A stretch of DNA of 29,885 nucleotides, taken from NCBI GenBank assembly GCA_964503235.1, contig CAZCZJ010000013.1, positions 1 through 29,885 on the forward strand, in the 5' to 3' direction. Origin of the DNA: an uncultured Dehalococcoidaceae bacterium (GTDB lineage: Bacteria; Chloroflexota; Dehalococcoidia; Dehalococcoidales; RBG-16-60-22). Of the stretch, positions 1 through 7,476 are shown piece by piece; the stretch's first letter is position 1, and every line of letters begins with the position of its first letter. The notes under the pieces were generated by a model. The model worked only from the letters and a program-made list of their open reading frames with translations. It was not told where the DNA came from and searched no databases. The translations under genes were made by a program, and so were the position numbers.

Positions 1-57
1 CCCGTAGTTTACCCGGATATCTTTCAGCCTGACTATTTCAAGTTCATTCATATTCAT
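1..57 (-). CDS. Metal ABC transporter ATP-binding protein, first 19 codons only (gene runs off the window)
   Basis: ATG at 57-55 (minus) directly follows the TAG stop of the binding-protein gene. Translation MNMNELEIVRLKDIRVNYG resembles the N-terminus of an ABC ATPase. Absent from the ORF track because it is truncated. Confidence 0.45.
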   Translation of the reverse strand, partial: MNMNELEIVRLKDIRVNYG

Positions 58-948
58 CTATTGCATCGCCTGCTTCATCGCCGACTCGATGGCCCGCATG
101 TTATTGATAAAGTCTTTAGCCAGCGGGTCGATAATAACTACTTTACCACTAATTTCCCCGGCAATCACCTCCGCGCTTTTAGTGCTGTACTGCGGCGAGA
201 CGAAAATAACCCGGATGTCCAGCTCCTTAGCCTCTTCAATCAGGCGGACGATGTAGTCGGCATCGGGCTCCTTGCCCTCCTGCTCCACCGCGATCTGTGT
301 CAGGTCGTAGTCGCGGGCAAAATAGCCGAAAGCGGGGTGGAAGACGATGAAGCTGCGGTTGATGACGCCGGACAGGTCTGCCGCCAGATCGCCGTCCAGC
401 TTGGTCAGTTCTTCTAAATAGGCGGCACAGTTTGTCTCGTAGTAGGCTTTATTGGCCGCATCAACCTGCACCAGTCCGTCACAGATGTTCTGCACCATTA
501 TTTTAGCATTTTTCACCGAGAGCCAGATGTGCGGGTCTACCCCGGGCTCATCCGGGTCGGCCGAGGCTATGAGCTCGATGCCGCGGGAGCAGTCGACTAC
601 CAGCATGGACTTGTTAACGGCAATAAGCTTACCCATCCAGGCAAGCTCGAACTCCACCGGGGAGCCGACCTTGGCATACATCTTAGCGTTTGATAGCCGG
701 GTCATCTGGTCGGGCGTCACTTCATAGGTATGCGGCGAGGCTCCCGGCGGCACCATGACGACAACCTCCACTTTATCACCCCCGATGGCCTCGACAAAGC
801 CAGCCTGGGGCAGAATGGTTACGGCCACCATTGTTTTCCCTGTGGTTTCAGCCTCTTGTTTGCAGCCTGCTACCGCCGCTATCAGCGAAGCCGCCAGCAA
901 CAGCACCAGAACGGTTGAAATAAGCCTATTCGGTATTAAGTTTTTCAT
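58..948 (-). CDS. Metal (Zn/Mn-type) ABC transporter substrate-binding lipoprotein, ZnuA/TroA family
   Basis: 296 aa. Signal peptide with lipobox AVAGC. Motifs PGASPHTYE, DPHIW and FHPAFGYF are typical of cluster-9 metal-binding proteins. AAGGAG lies 7 nt upstream of the ATG. Sits in an operon with a Fur-family regulator and an ABC ATPase. Confidence 0.85.
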   Translation of the reverse strand: MKNLIPNRLISTVLVLLLAASLIAAVAGCKQEAETTGKTMVAVTILPQAGFVEAIGGDKVEVVVMVPPGASPHTYEVTPDQMTRLSNAKMYAKVGSPVEFELAWMGKLIAVNKSMLVVDCSRGIELIASADPDEPGVDPHIWLSVKNAKIMVQNICDGLVQVDAANKAYYETNCAAYLEELTKLDGDLAADLSGVINRSFIVFHPAFGYFARDYDLTQIAVEQEGKEPDADYIVRLIEEAKELDIRVIFVSPQYSTKSAEVIAGEISGKVVIIDPLAKDFINNMRAIESAMKQAMQ

Positions 949-1726
949 TTTTTATCTCCTTATAATGTTTGTGATGCCGAATGACCATCACGATGATGAC
1001 TGCTACTATTGCCAGACCGGTAATCCAGCGGGCTGTCGGGATACCGCCGAGTGTCCAGACATCGAGTTTCAGTCCTTCCAGGAAAAAGCGTCCGATGCTG
1101 TAGTGGATGACGTAAAGGAAGAATATATCCCCGTCGCGGAGCCGACTGCGGAGCTTACGACCGAGCAACATGAGGATGGCGAAGCCGAGCAGGTTCCATA
1201 ATGACTCATAGAGAAACAGGGGATGGAAATGAGTGTAATTCTCGTAACCAGGGAGACGGTGCGCCGGGTCGATATATATTGCCCAGGGCAAATCGGTGGG
1301 ATAGCCGTATAGCTCCTGGTTGAAGAAGTTACCCCATCTGCCGATGGCTTGAGCCAGTATCAGGCCGGGGGCAACTATATCCAGCCAGCGCAGGGTGTTG
1401 AGCTTTTTCCACCAGGTATAGATTATCAGCCCCAGTGCGCCGCCGATAATCGCTCCGAAGATGCCAAGCCCCCGCCCGCCGATTATCAACCCCGGGTTAT
1501 GGATGTAGTAATCCCACTGGTCGATAACATGATACAGGCGAGCACCAATGATACCCAGGGGAATGGCAAGCAATGCCATGTTGATGATATGCCCGGCAGA
1601 TTCTCCCCGCCTTTTCGCCTCAATTAAGGCGATGCCCAGGGCCGACAAGACACCGATGATAATCATAATGCCGTACCAACCGACCGTAAGACCGCCTATA
1701 CGGAAAGCTACTTCTGTTATATCCAT
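926..1726 (-). CDS. lgt: Prolipoprotein diacylglyceryl transferase
   Basis: 266 aa polytopic membrane protein with the Lgt signature GRWGNFFNQELYG. The 3' end overlaps the start of the lipoprotein gene by 23 nt. Confidence 0.9.
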   Translation of the reverse strand: MDITEVAFRIGGLTVGWYGIMIIIGVLSALGIALIEAKRRGESAGHIINMALLAIPLGIIGARLYHVIDQWDYYIHNPGLIIGGRGLGIFGAIIGGALGLIIYTWWKKLNTLRWLDIVAPGLILAQAIGRWGNFFNQELYGYPTDLPWAIYIDPAHRLPGYENYTHFHPLFLYESLWNLLGFAILMLLGRKLRSRLRDGDIFFLYVIHYSIGRFFLEGLKLDVWTLGGIPTARWITGLAIVAVIIVMVIRHHKHYKEIKNEKLNTE

Positions 1727-1732
1727 TTACAA

Positions 1733-1749
1733 TTGATAATCATTTTCAA
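1733..1749. promoter_or_regulatory. Fur-family (Zur/Fur-type) operator candidate just upstream of lgt
   Basis: TTGATAATcATTTTCAA is a near-perfect 8-1-8 palindrome. The core TGATAATcATTTTCA matches the 7-1-7 Fur-box consensus TGATAATnATTATCA at 14 of 15 positions. It lies 7-23 nt upstream of the lgt ATG (1726). Confidence 0.5.
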
Positions 1750-1796
1750 CTAATGGAAAAGGGGGGATTCTTTGATTATCTTAATCTCCTGAAAAT

Positions 1797-2234
1797 TTAT
1801 TCGGAGGCTACGCGACAGTCAGAGCATAGCCCGTAGAACTCAAGCAGGTGCCCATTAATATCAAACCCGGTTTCTTGAGATAGTCTTTGCTCCAGGTCAG
1901 CCAGAGCGCATCCGGTAAAATCCACGACCCTGCCACAGCTGGAGCAAACCAGGTGATGGTGGTGCTCGGTGGGCCTTCGCATCATGTAGCTCCGGCGTCC
2001 ATCCGGCGCATGGACACGGCACACGAGATTGAGTTCACTAAGCAGGTCTAAAGTACGGTAAATCGTAACCAACCCGATGTCAGGGTTCTTTAAGTGGGCT
2101 TTTGCATATATCGCCTCCGGTGTCATGTGGTCGTGACTCGAAGCGATGACTTTGAGCACCGCATGGCGCTGCGGAGTCAGCTTATAGCCATGCTCCCTGA
2201 GAATACCTGCTATTTTATTGGCTGTTAGTTTCAT
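1797..2234 (-). CDS. Fur-family metalloregulator (Zur-like by context)
   Basis: Winged-helix motif LTPQRHAVLKVI, His run EHHHH, and CxxC pairs CSSC and CSDC. The ORF track starts at 2270. I prefer Met13 (ATG 2234-2232, MKLTANK...), because the predicted -10 and operator lie between 2245 and 2278. Confidence 0.8.
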   Translation of the reverse strand: MKLTANKIAGILREHGYKLTPQRHAVLKVIASSHDHMTPEAIYAKAHLKNPDIGLVTIYRTLDLLSELNLVCRVHAPDGRRSYMMRRPTEHHHHLVCSSCGRVVDFTGCALADLEQRLSQETGFDINGHLLEFYGLCSDCRVASE

Positions 2235-2244
2235 ATACAATCGC

Positions 2245-2265
2245 AAATGAAATAATATATCATTT
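2245..2265. promoter_or_regulatory. Inverted repeat, candidate autoregulatory operator of the Fur-family gene
   Basis: AAATGA-aataatata-TCATTT, 6 bp perfect arms. AT-rich and loosely Fur-box-like (TGAAATAaTATATCA). Located just downstream of the predicted -10. Confidence 0.35.
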
Positions 2266-2272
2266 AACATAG

Positions 2273-2302
2273 AGTATAACAGGCTTATTGAGGGCTTGTC
2301 AA
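2273..2302 (-). promoter_or_regulatory. Sigma-70-type promoter for the Fur-family gene
   Basis: On the minus strand: TTGACA (2302-2297), 18 nt spacer, TATACT (2278-2273). Confidence 0.45.
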
Positions 2303-2330
2303 GGCGAGAGAAGATGAAGAGGGTAACATT

Positions 2331-2366
2331 AAAGTAAAAATAATTCGTGACCTTTTTAACGAATTA
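2331..2366 (-). terminator. Candidate intrinsic terminator behind the recombinase remnant
   Basis: Minus strand: TAATTCGT, 10 nt loop, ACGAATTA, then TTTTTACTTT. The stem is AT-rich and therefore weak. Confidence 0.3.
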
Positions 2367-2386
2367 ATGAAATACCAGATCTACTA

Positions 2387-2668
2387 TCACGAACAGAAGC
2401 TAATAGCAAATGCCCGTCTCTGTTCCAGCAGGCTTAAAATATTTCGGTACGATGGAGACCGAGCCTTCCCCGTCTCCACCAGAAACACGGATGAACCCTT
2501 AAAAGGTTCATTTAAGATACGAATATCAGACTTTTCCCGTGAAGCCGCTACTTGGAGGATAGGTTTAAAGGGCGGCTTCGGCTTTATAGCGATGATTGAC
2601 TTTGTTTCCTTCGCATCAACATAGACAGTATCCAGCATCGTTAGTAAGAGCTTCCTTCGTTCCTCCAT
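2387..2668 (-). pseudogene. 3'-terminal remnant of a large serine recombinase gene
   Basis: The 93 aa ORF contains RKLLLTMLDTVYVDAKETKSIIAIKPKPPFKPILQVA. From memory, this resembles the C-terminal tail of roughly 500 aa serine recombinases of Dehalococcoidia-type genomic islands. No catalytic N-terminal domain is present, and only 35 nt separate it from the next gene. Confidence 0.45.
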
Positions 2669-2703
2669 ATTAGCCCTTTTCTATATCAGGGGCAGATCCA
2701 GTA

Positions 2704-3939
2704 TCAATTTTCCTGCCGGAGGGCGACATCGCCGGGGACGATGGCGTGATCGCCAATCATACTCATTGTACTGTCGGTGCTTGCCTGGCAGACCTTCTTC
2801 AACGCCAGGAGTACTTTACCGGCTACAGTTTCGTCCCAGAACCAGGCCGTAAGCACCTGGCTCGAGGCGCCTGTCTGGCCCGGTTGCGCCGTAACACCCT
2901 CAATATAGTAGGACTTCAGATCCTCAACGGCAAATTTTAGCGTATACGCCAGCGGTATATCGTCACGAGGATTGTCCGGCTCCGTACCTCCGATGAAGGC
3001 ATAAATAAAATCGCCCAGCGCCTCCAGTTCAATGCCGCTAACCCCTACCGTAGTACGCTGACGCTTGGCCACGGCCATGTCGTACCAGGGGCGCATGGCT
3101 GTCATCTCCCGGCGGAACGCCACCTGCAGCGGATCGGTTTCTCCGGGCTCTACCGCGTCCTGGGCGAAATCCACCGGGCAGGCCAGCACCGTTATTTCAC
3201 CGGTCGTCTCCGGTTCTTCCTCGGGGAAGTCCTCCAGCCGCGGGCCATCGGGTACCTCAAACATCCCCGTAAGGGCCAGTAGTACCCGCCTCTGGAAGGC
3301 AGCATCATCGGGCGGCCCCAGGGGACGCCCCAGCTCAAAAGGCACCCACAAGGCACGGGGCGGCTGGATAATCTCCGTGTGTAGCCGGATAAGGCTAATG
3401 CTGGCTGTCGGCACGCCTTCTTCTTCAATAAAGTGTCCCAGCACGCCTACGGCGCGCGTGCATCCCGGTCAGGAAGGAAAGAGCAGGACGGCGTCAACCT
3501 TGTCCTTCTTGAGCATACCAGCGACTTCTCTAATCGGCTCTGTAGAATCCTCTTTAGCACGGCTGCTGTTGTAGGAATAGTGAAAATCGGCCACGCTGCC
3601 GATAATACCTTCAGCCGCCATCTCGCGGAGCCTGTCAAGGGGAAAAACGACGTTCCAGTCCCGCTGGTACCCGGTGCGGTCCATACCGGCCGAAAGATGG
3701 GACATAACCAGGTCATTAGCCCGGACATCGCCCGGGATAACGCGGTAGTAATCGTCCTGAACCAGTTGAAAAGGTCGGTCGTGGCGGGTGTGAAGTCCGG
3801 CTGTGGTGATAATGGCCACGCGCCTCTGCCTCAAGGGCGGCCCTTTGACCCAGGGTCTGGTTTCAAATGATGGGCAAATTTGCGCCATCCTTTGAGTGAG
3901 TTCTCTCTCGGCTTCGCTTAATGTCTCCAGACGAACCAT
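2704..3939 (-). CDS. GrdB/PrdB-family selenoprotein (glycine/sarcosine/betaine/D-proline reductase B family) with in-frame UGA (Sec) at 3471-3469; about 411 aa
   Basis: ORFs 3469..3939 and 2704..3444 are in the same frame, separated only by TGA plus 8 sense codons. The read-through gives ...VDAVLLFPS-U-PGCTRAVGVLGHFIEEEGVP. This parallels the GrdB Sec site ...AVILTST-U-GTCTRCGATMVKEIERAGIP (recalled from memory). The upstream VFPLDRLREMAAEGIIG block is also GrdB-like. Confidence 0.75.
3441..3461 (-). promoter_or_regulatory. Candidate bacterial SECIS hairpin
   Basis: The mRNA reads UGA CCG GGA U-GCACGC-GCGCCGUAG-GCGUGC. This is a 6 bp GC-rich stem starting 8 nt after the UGA, with a 9 nt loop containing GU. 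Confidence 0.35.
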
Positions 3940-3983
3940 TTTATTCCCCCTCCCTACGATTAAACAAACTCACGAATTATAAT

Positions 3984-4499
3984 TTACTTGACAATAATTA
4001 TAGACGGTCCGGTAGCTCCGTCCATCCTCTGTGTGTTTTTATCCGGTACCATTTCCAGCAGCTCATCAATAGTCCCGTAACGTAAAGCTTCAGCCGGGCA
4101 GGATACTGCACAGGCTGGCTTTCTGTCGGTCTCTATACAGAAATCGCACTTCTGCATGATGCCGTCGACACCGAACTGGGGCACGCCAAACGGGCACGCC
4201 GCTAAGCAGTCTTGACAACCATTGCACTTATCCCTATCAACCACTACGATACCATCCTCAGCCCGTTTGGTAATAGCTCCGGTAGGACATACAGCGGCAC
4301 AGGCAGGTTTATCACAGTGCATACAGGCTAGGGAGAAAAATGTTCGGGTAACATCGGGATACTCACCATCCCAGGTCTCAACGACCCGCCGCCATTTTAC
4401 TCCCGGTTCCAGACCACGAGTGCCCTTGCAGGCCAGTTCACAGGTACGACACTGAATACATCTGCCGGCATCATAGTAAAAACCGTATTGCTTAGCCAT
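3984..4499 (-). CDS. 4Fe-4S ferredoxin-type electron-transfer subunit (DmsB/PsrB-like) of a molybdopterin oxidoreductase
   Basis: 171 aa with four Cys clusters: CIQCRTCELAC, CMHCDKPACAAVCP, CNGCQDCLAACP and CDFC...CAVSCP. Lies immediately downstream of the catalytic subunit. Confidence 0.9.
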   Translation of the reverse strand: MAKQYGFYYDAGRCIQCRTCELACKGTRGLEPGVKWRRVVETWDGEYPDVTRTFFSLACMHCDKPACAAVCPTGAITKRAEDGIVVVDRDKCNGCQDCLAACPFGVPQFGVDGIMQKCDFCIETDRKPACAVSCPAEALRYGTIDELLEMVPDKNTQRMDGATGPSIIIVK

Positions 4500-4544
4500 T
4501 ATTTATCGATACCTTTCCTGGATTATACTGATACCTTACAGGTA

Positions 4545-6794
4545 TCATCCATTGTTCTCTGCTTTTCGTACTTCGACAAGGGTCTGTTTCGGCATGGCTG
4601 TTACCACCGGGTCAAAGGCTTTATCGGGGTCAATACTGTACAGAACGTTTACGTTCGCGCCCCCATCCAGCAGGGGATAGCCCGGTAGTCCGAGCTCGCT
4701 GCAACCCTGCCACCACCCGTGGAGACTCATGATTGTGTCCGGGCGAATCCCCGGGAAATACAGGGCCTTTACCTTAATCCAGCCATGTGGTGACTCGACG
4801 ATTACCCAGTCGCCATCGTTTATCCCGCGCTGTCGGGCTGTATCCGGATGGATATGTATCCAGGGTTCAGGCTGAATCTCGCGCAGATAAGGAACGTTGC
4901 GCAACCACCCGTGATTATACGCTTCTGAGGTATGTGAATCAAAAAGGACCAGGGGATATTTTCCCAGGAGTTCGGGTGTGCCTGTCGGGCTCTCGGGAGG
5001 TTCTACCCATTCCGGCAGCGGGTTAAACCCGTTCTCTTCGAAACTGGTGTTATAAATTGCCACTTTGCCCTGGGGAAGATATGGTGCCCCGGAAAGCCGG
5101 GGGCTGGGAGCCGTAAGAAATTCATCGTATTTCTCGTAAACCATCGGCTTCGGCTCATAGATAATACCGGTAGGATATTTTCTGAGCTCATCCATTGTCA
5201 TGCCGAAGTTTTCCAACTGATAGTTCATGCACTCCTCGATGTTACCGTGCCAGAAGTCCTCTCCGTATCCCATCTTAACACCGAGGTCAAGCCAGAATTC
5301 ATAGTCCGATTTATAGTCTCCCAGCGGCTCGATTACCTTATTTCGCGCCATGATCCAGTTGCCCGTTCCCCCCATGGGTACTTCAAACGGGTGGTCGCAT
5401 TCGTACATGGTAGTTACAGGAATGACAACATCGGCCCAGGGCATCGACGAGGTCTGCATCACGTCGATAACCACGAAGAATTCCAGTTTTTTCAGGGCTT
5501 CTACTATCCTCCTGGAACCGCGGGTGATTACCGTGGGCTGGGTTCCGGGAGCGATTATCGTCTTGATGGGATATGGCTCTCCGGTAAGAACGCTATCGAG
5601 ACAGCGGTAGTATGCTGAAGATATGCCTTCGATGAAAGGCTGAAAGCAGCGGGGCATCTCCGGGCCTACCAGCTTGTCGATGAACTCCTGAGTATATCTC
5701 TTATGAAGAGTGACCGGTTTTGGCATCGGCATGCTGCTCTCCATCGGGACGATATTACCACCGGGCCGGTCGAGGTTACCGCTGATGGCTATTAATATGG
5801 CAACGGCACGGATAGCATTATTGGAATCCACAACCTGATCGAACGCGTTCCCGGCAAGAATACAGGCTGACCCGGCTGTCCCGTATAACCGGGCAACCTC
5901 CCTTATCTGTTCAGCTGGCAACCCCGTTATGGGCTCAGCCCACTCCGGGGTATATTTCTGTATGTGAGGTACAAGTTTATCGAAACCGTAACACCACCGG
6001 GAGACGAATTCCGCATCATACAGGTGCTCATTGATTATCACATTGAGCATGGCCAGCGCCAGAGCGCCATCGGTACCGGGCCTGATGGGGAGCCACATAT
6101 CAGCCTTAGCCGCATCCGGCTGCATCTCGGGTTTAATAACTACGAGCTTGGCTCCTCTTTCTTTAGCGTCTAAAATCTTTTTCAGATTGCCTGTCGGTGC
6201 ACCAGCGTAGACAGGATTTGCTCCCCATACCACGATAAGGTCAGCATGCTCATAATCGGCACCAGCCATACCGAGCATGGGGGCGGCTACGGTATAGGCA
6301 AAGCCGAAAGCTCGCTGTATGGCGCAAATACCGCTATGGCAATAGTTAGGACTGCCGTGTGCCGTCAGGAACCGAATGAAATAACTTTTATAGGTCCGGG
6401 CTTGCGGCGAGAGAATAGCCAGGGATTCCGGCCCATATTTCTCCTTTTGTTCCTTTAGCTTATCGGCGATTAAGTCAAGAGCTTCATCCCATGTCACCCT
6501 CTCGAATTTACCTTCACCCTTCTTCCCCACACGTTTTAAAGGGTACTTAAGACGTTGTGGTGAATAAAGCCACTGCATAGACGCAAAAGCCTTGAGGCAA
6601 AGTTTACCTTTGTTTATGGGAGATTCCTTCATGCCTTCAACTCTGACTAATCTACCGTCTTGCACATAACAGTTCAGCCCACACCCCATGCTCGGACCGC
6701 ACAAAGAACAGAAGGTAGGAATCATACGTTCTTCAGGCTTCATAGTCTGTTTGAAACTTATCTCTTCCTTAAAATCGTCATTCTTGGTACTCAT
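4545..6794 (-). CDS. Molybdopterin (bis-MGD) oxidoreductase catalytic subunit, DMSO-reductase superfamily, cytoplasmic
   Basis: 749 aa. N-terminal FeS motif CSLCGPSMGCGLNC...LCLKA and a typical C-terminal GDWV...barrel domain. No twin-arginine signal. GGAG lies 7 nt upstream of the ATG. Confidence 0.9.
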   Translation of the reverse strand: MSTKNDDFKEEISFKQTMKPEERMIPTFCSLCGPSMGCGLNCYVQDGRLVRVEGMKESPINKGKLCLKAFASMQWLYSPQRLKYPLKRVGKKGEGKFERVTWDEALDLIADKLKEQKEKYGPESLAILSPQARTYKSYFIRFLTAHGSPNYCHSGICAIQRAFGFAYTVAAPMLGMAGADYEHADLIVVWGANPVYAGAPTGNLKKILDAKERGAKLVVIKPEMQPDAAKADMWLPIRPGTDGALALAMLNVIINEHLYDAEFVSRWCYGFDKLVPHIQKYTPEWAEPITGLPAEQIREVARLYGTAGSACILAGNAFDQVVDSNNAIRAVAILIAISGNLDRPGGNIVPMESSMPMPKPVTLHKRYTQEFIDKLVGPEMPRCFQPFIEGISSAYYRCLDSVLTGEPYPIKTIIAPGTQPTVITRGSRRIVEALKKLEFFVVIDVMQTSSMPWADVVIPVTTMYECDHPFEVPMGGTGNWIMARNKVIEPLGDYKSDYEFWLDLGVKMGYGEDFWHGNIEECMNYQLENFGMTMDELRKYPTGIIYEPKPMVYEKYDEFLTAPSPRLSGAPYLPQGKVAIYNTSFEENGFNPLPEWVEPPESPTGTPELLGKYPLVLFDSHTSEAYNHGWLRNVPYLREIQPEPWIHIHPDTARQRGINDGDWVIVESPHGWIKVKALYFPGIRPDTIMSLHGWWQGCSELGLPGYPLLDGGANVNVLYSIDPDKAFDPVVTAMPKQTLVEVRKAENNG

Positions 6795-6844
6795 TCTTTG
6801 TCTCCCTATAATTTCAACATTTCAGATTAATAATTCTACAATTT

Positions 6845-6879
6845 AAAAAAGCTTGAAGTATTTCAGAGTAGTATACTTC
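6845..6879 (-). terminator. Weak candidate terminator separating the TIR/AAA+ module from the Mo-oxidoreductase operon
   Basis: Minus strand: GAAGTAT, 11 nt loop, ATACTTC, then aagcTTTTTT. The stem is short and AT-rich. Confidence 0.3.
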
Positions 6880-7192
6880 CACCGGGATGCAGCTAATTCA
6901 ATAATTGTTGGATGATAAACTCATGAATATATGGACGGTAGCTCATTAACAATATAAATTGTACCTTTTACATTGTCGATTAATCAATTGGGGAAATTTT
7001 CAGCAGCACTTTGAATCCTGCTACCCATCGTCCCATTTTACAATTGTCTCCTTTATATTTTAAGCGATGTAGTTCCACAGTACAATAAATCTAATTTGTT
7101 AATAGTGATAGAAAGGGACTCTTGATGAGGAAACGTTGCAACAAGTGGCATCTTCAGTCGTGACTAAGTAATCAAGGAGTTCTCTGTGTATA

Positions 7193-7266
7193 GTGGGAAC
7201 TAGCTGTTTCTACGGAACTAATCACCTTAATAAGTGCCAGGCAACAATCAACAATTAGTTCCCACC
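7193..7266. repeat. Three copies of a GGGAACTA-type 10-12 nt motif (two direct, one inverted)
   Basis: GTGGGAACTA (7193-7202) and TAGTTCCCAC (7257-7266) form perfect 10 bp inverted arms. An internal direct copy GGAACTAAT (7214-7222) is complementary to ATTAGTTCC (7255-7263), giving two mutually exclusive helices. Confidence 0.6.
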
Positions 7267-7314
7267 TTGCGGCAGCCGACAAGTCGAATACCGGTATTTC
7301 CGTGGCGGGAGTCG

Positions 7315-7464
7315 TTAGGAGCAACCTGTCCGGAGTAATGAGAACGGCCCCAAGGACATCGCCGGGAGGAAAACGAAACGGCTGATAGGAACAGCAGGTA
7401 AACAGCCATGCACCGGATTTAACAGCCTCGAGAAGATTTCAGCTATCTCGCCGACTCCACTCAT
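7315..7464 (-). CDS. Hypothetical 49 aa ORF directly downstream of the AAA+/RyR gene (speculative)
   Basis: ATG at 7464-7462 lies 12 nt after the upstream TAA. Translation: MSGVGEIAEIFSRLLNPVHGCLPAVPISRFVFLPAMSLGPFSLLRTGCS. This stretch is visibly more GC-rich than the surrounding AT-rich spacer. No recognisable motif and only a weak SD (GAGAG). Confidence 0.2.
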   Translation of the reverse strand: MSGVGEIAEIFSRLLNPVHGCLPAVPISRFVFLPAMSLGPFSLLRTGCS

Positions 7465-7476
7465 CTTTCTCTCGCC

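Noticed and set aside
2367-2624. 85 aa plus-strand ORF
   Set aside because: It overlaps the recombinase-remnant frame on the opposite strand and has no motifs. The minus-strand frame carries the recognisable recombinase tail.
3444-3471. The split GrdB-like gene as a frameshifted or nonsense pseudogene
   Set aside because: Both halves are in the same reading frame and the only interruption is a single TGA. It falls exactly at the family's U-x-x-C redox motif, and a hairpin follows it. Selenocysteine recoding is the simpler explanation.
4545-6794. Periplasmic (Tat-exported) respiratory reductase interpretation of the Mo enzymes
   Set aside because: None of the three catalytic subunits has an RRxF twin-arginine leader in any plausible N-terminus, and no membrane-anchor subunit genes are present.
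6980-7036. 18 aa mini-ORF (MGRWVAGFKVLLKISPID) with AAAGGAG upstream, minus strand
   Set aside because: It is too short, the SD spacing of about 11 nt is long, and it has no supporting features. It is probably fortuitous in an AT-rich spacer.
6795-7118. Moco/Wco riboswitch upstream of the Mo/W enzyme genes (also examined 12030..12486 and 16563..16712)
   Set aside because: I could not recognise the conserved Moco-motif core or a convincing multi-stem architecture by eye. An Infernal/Rfam RF01055 scan is needed before any claim.
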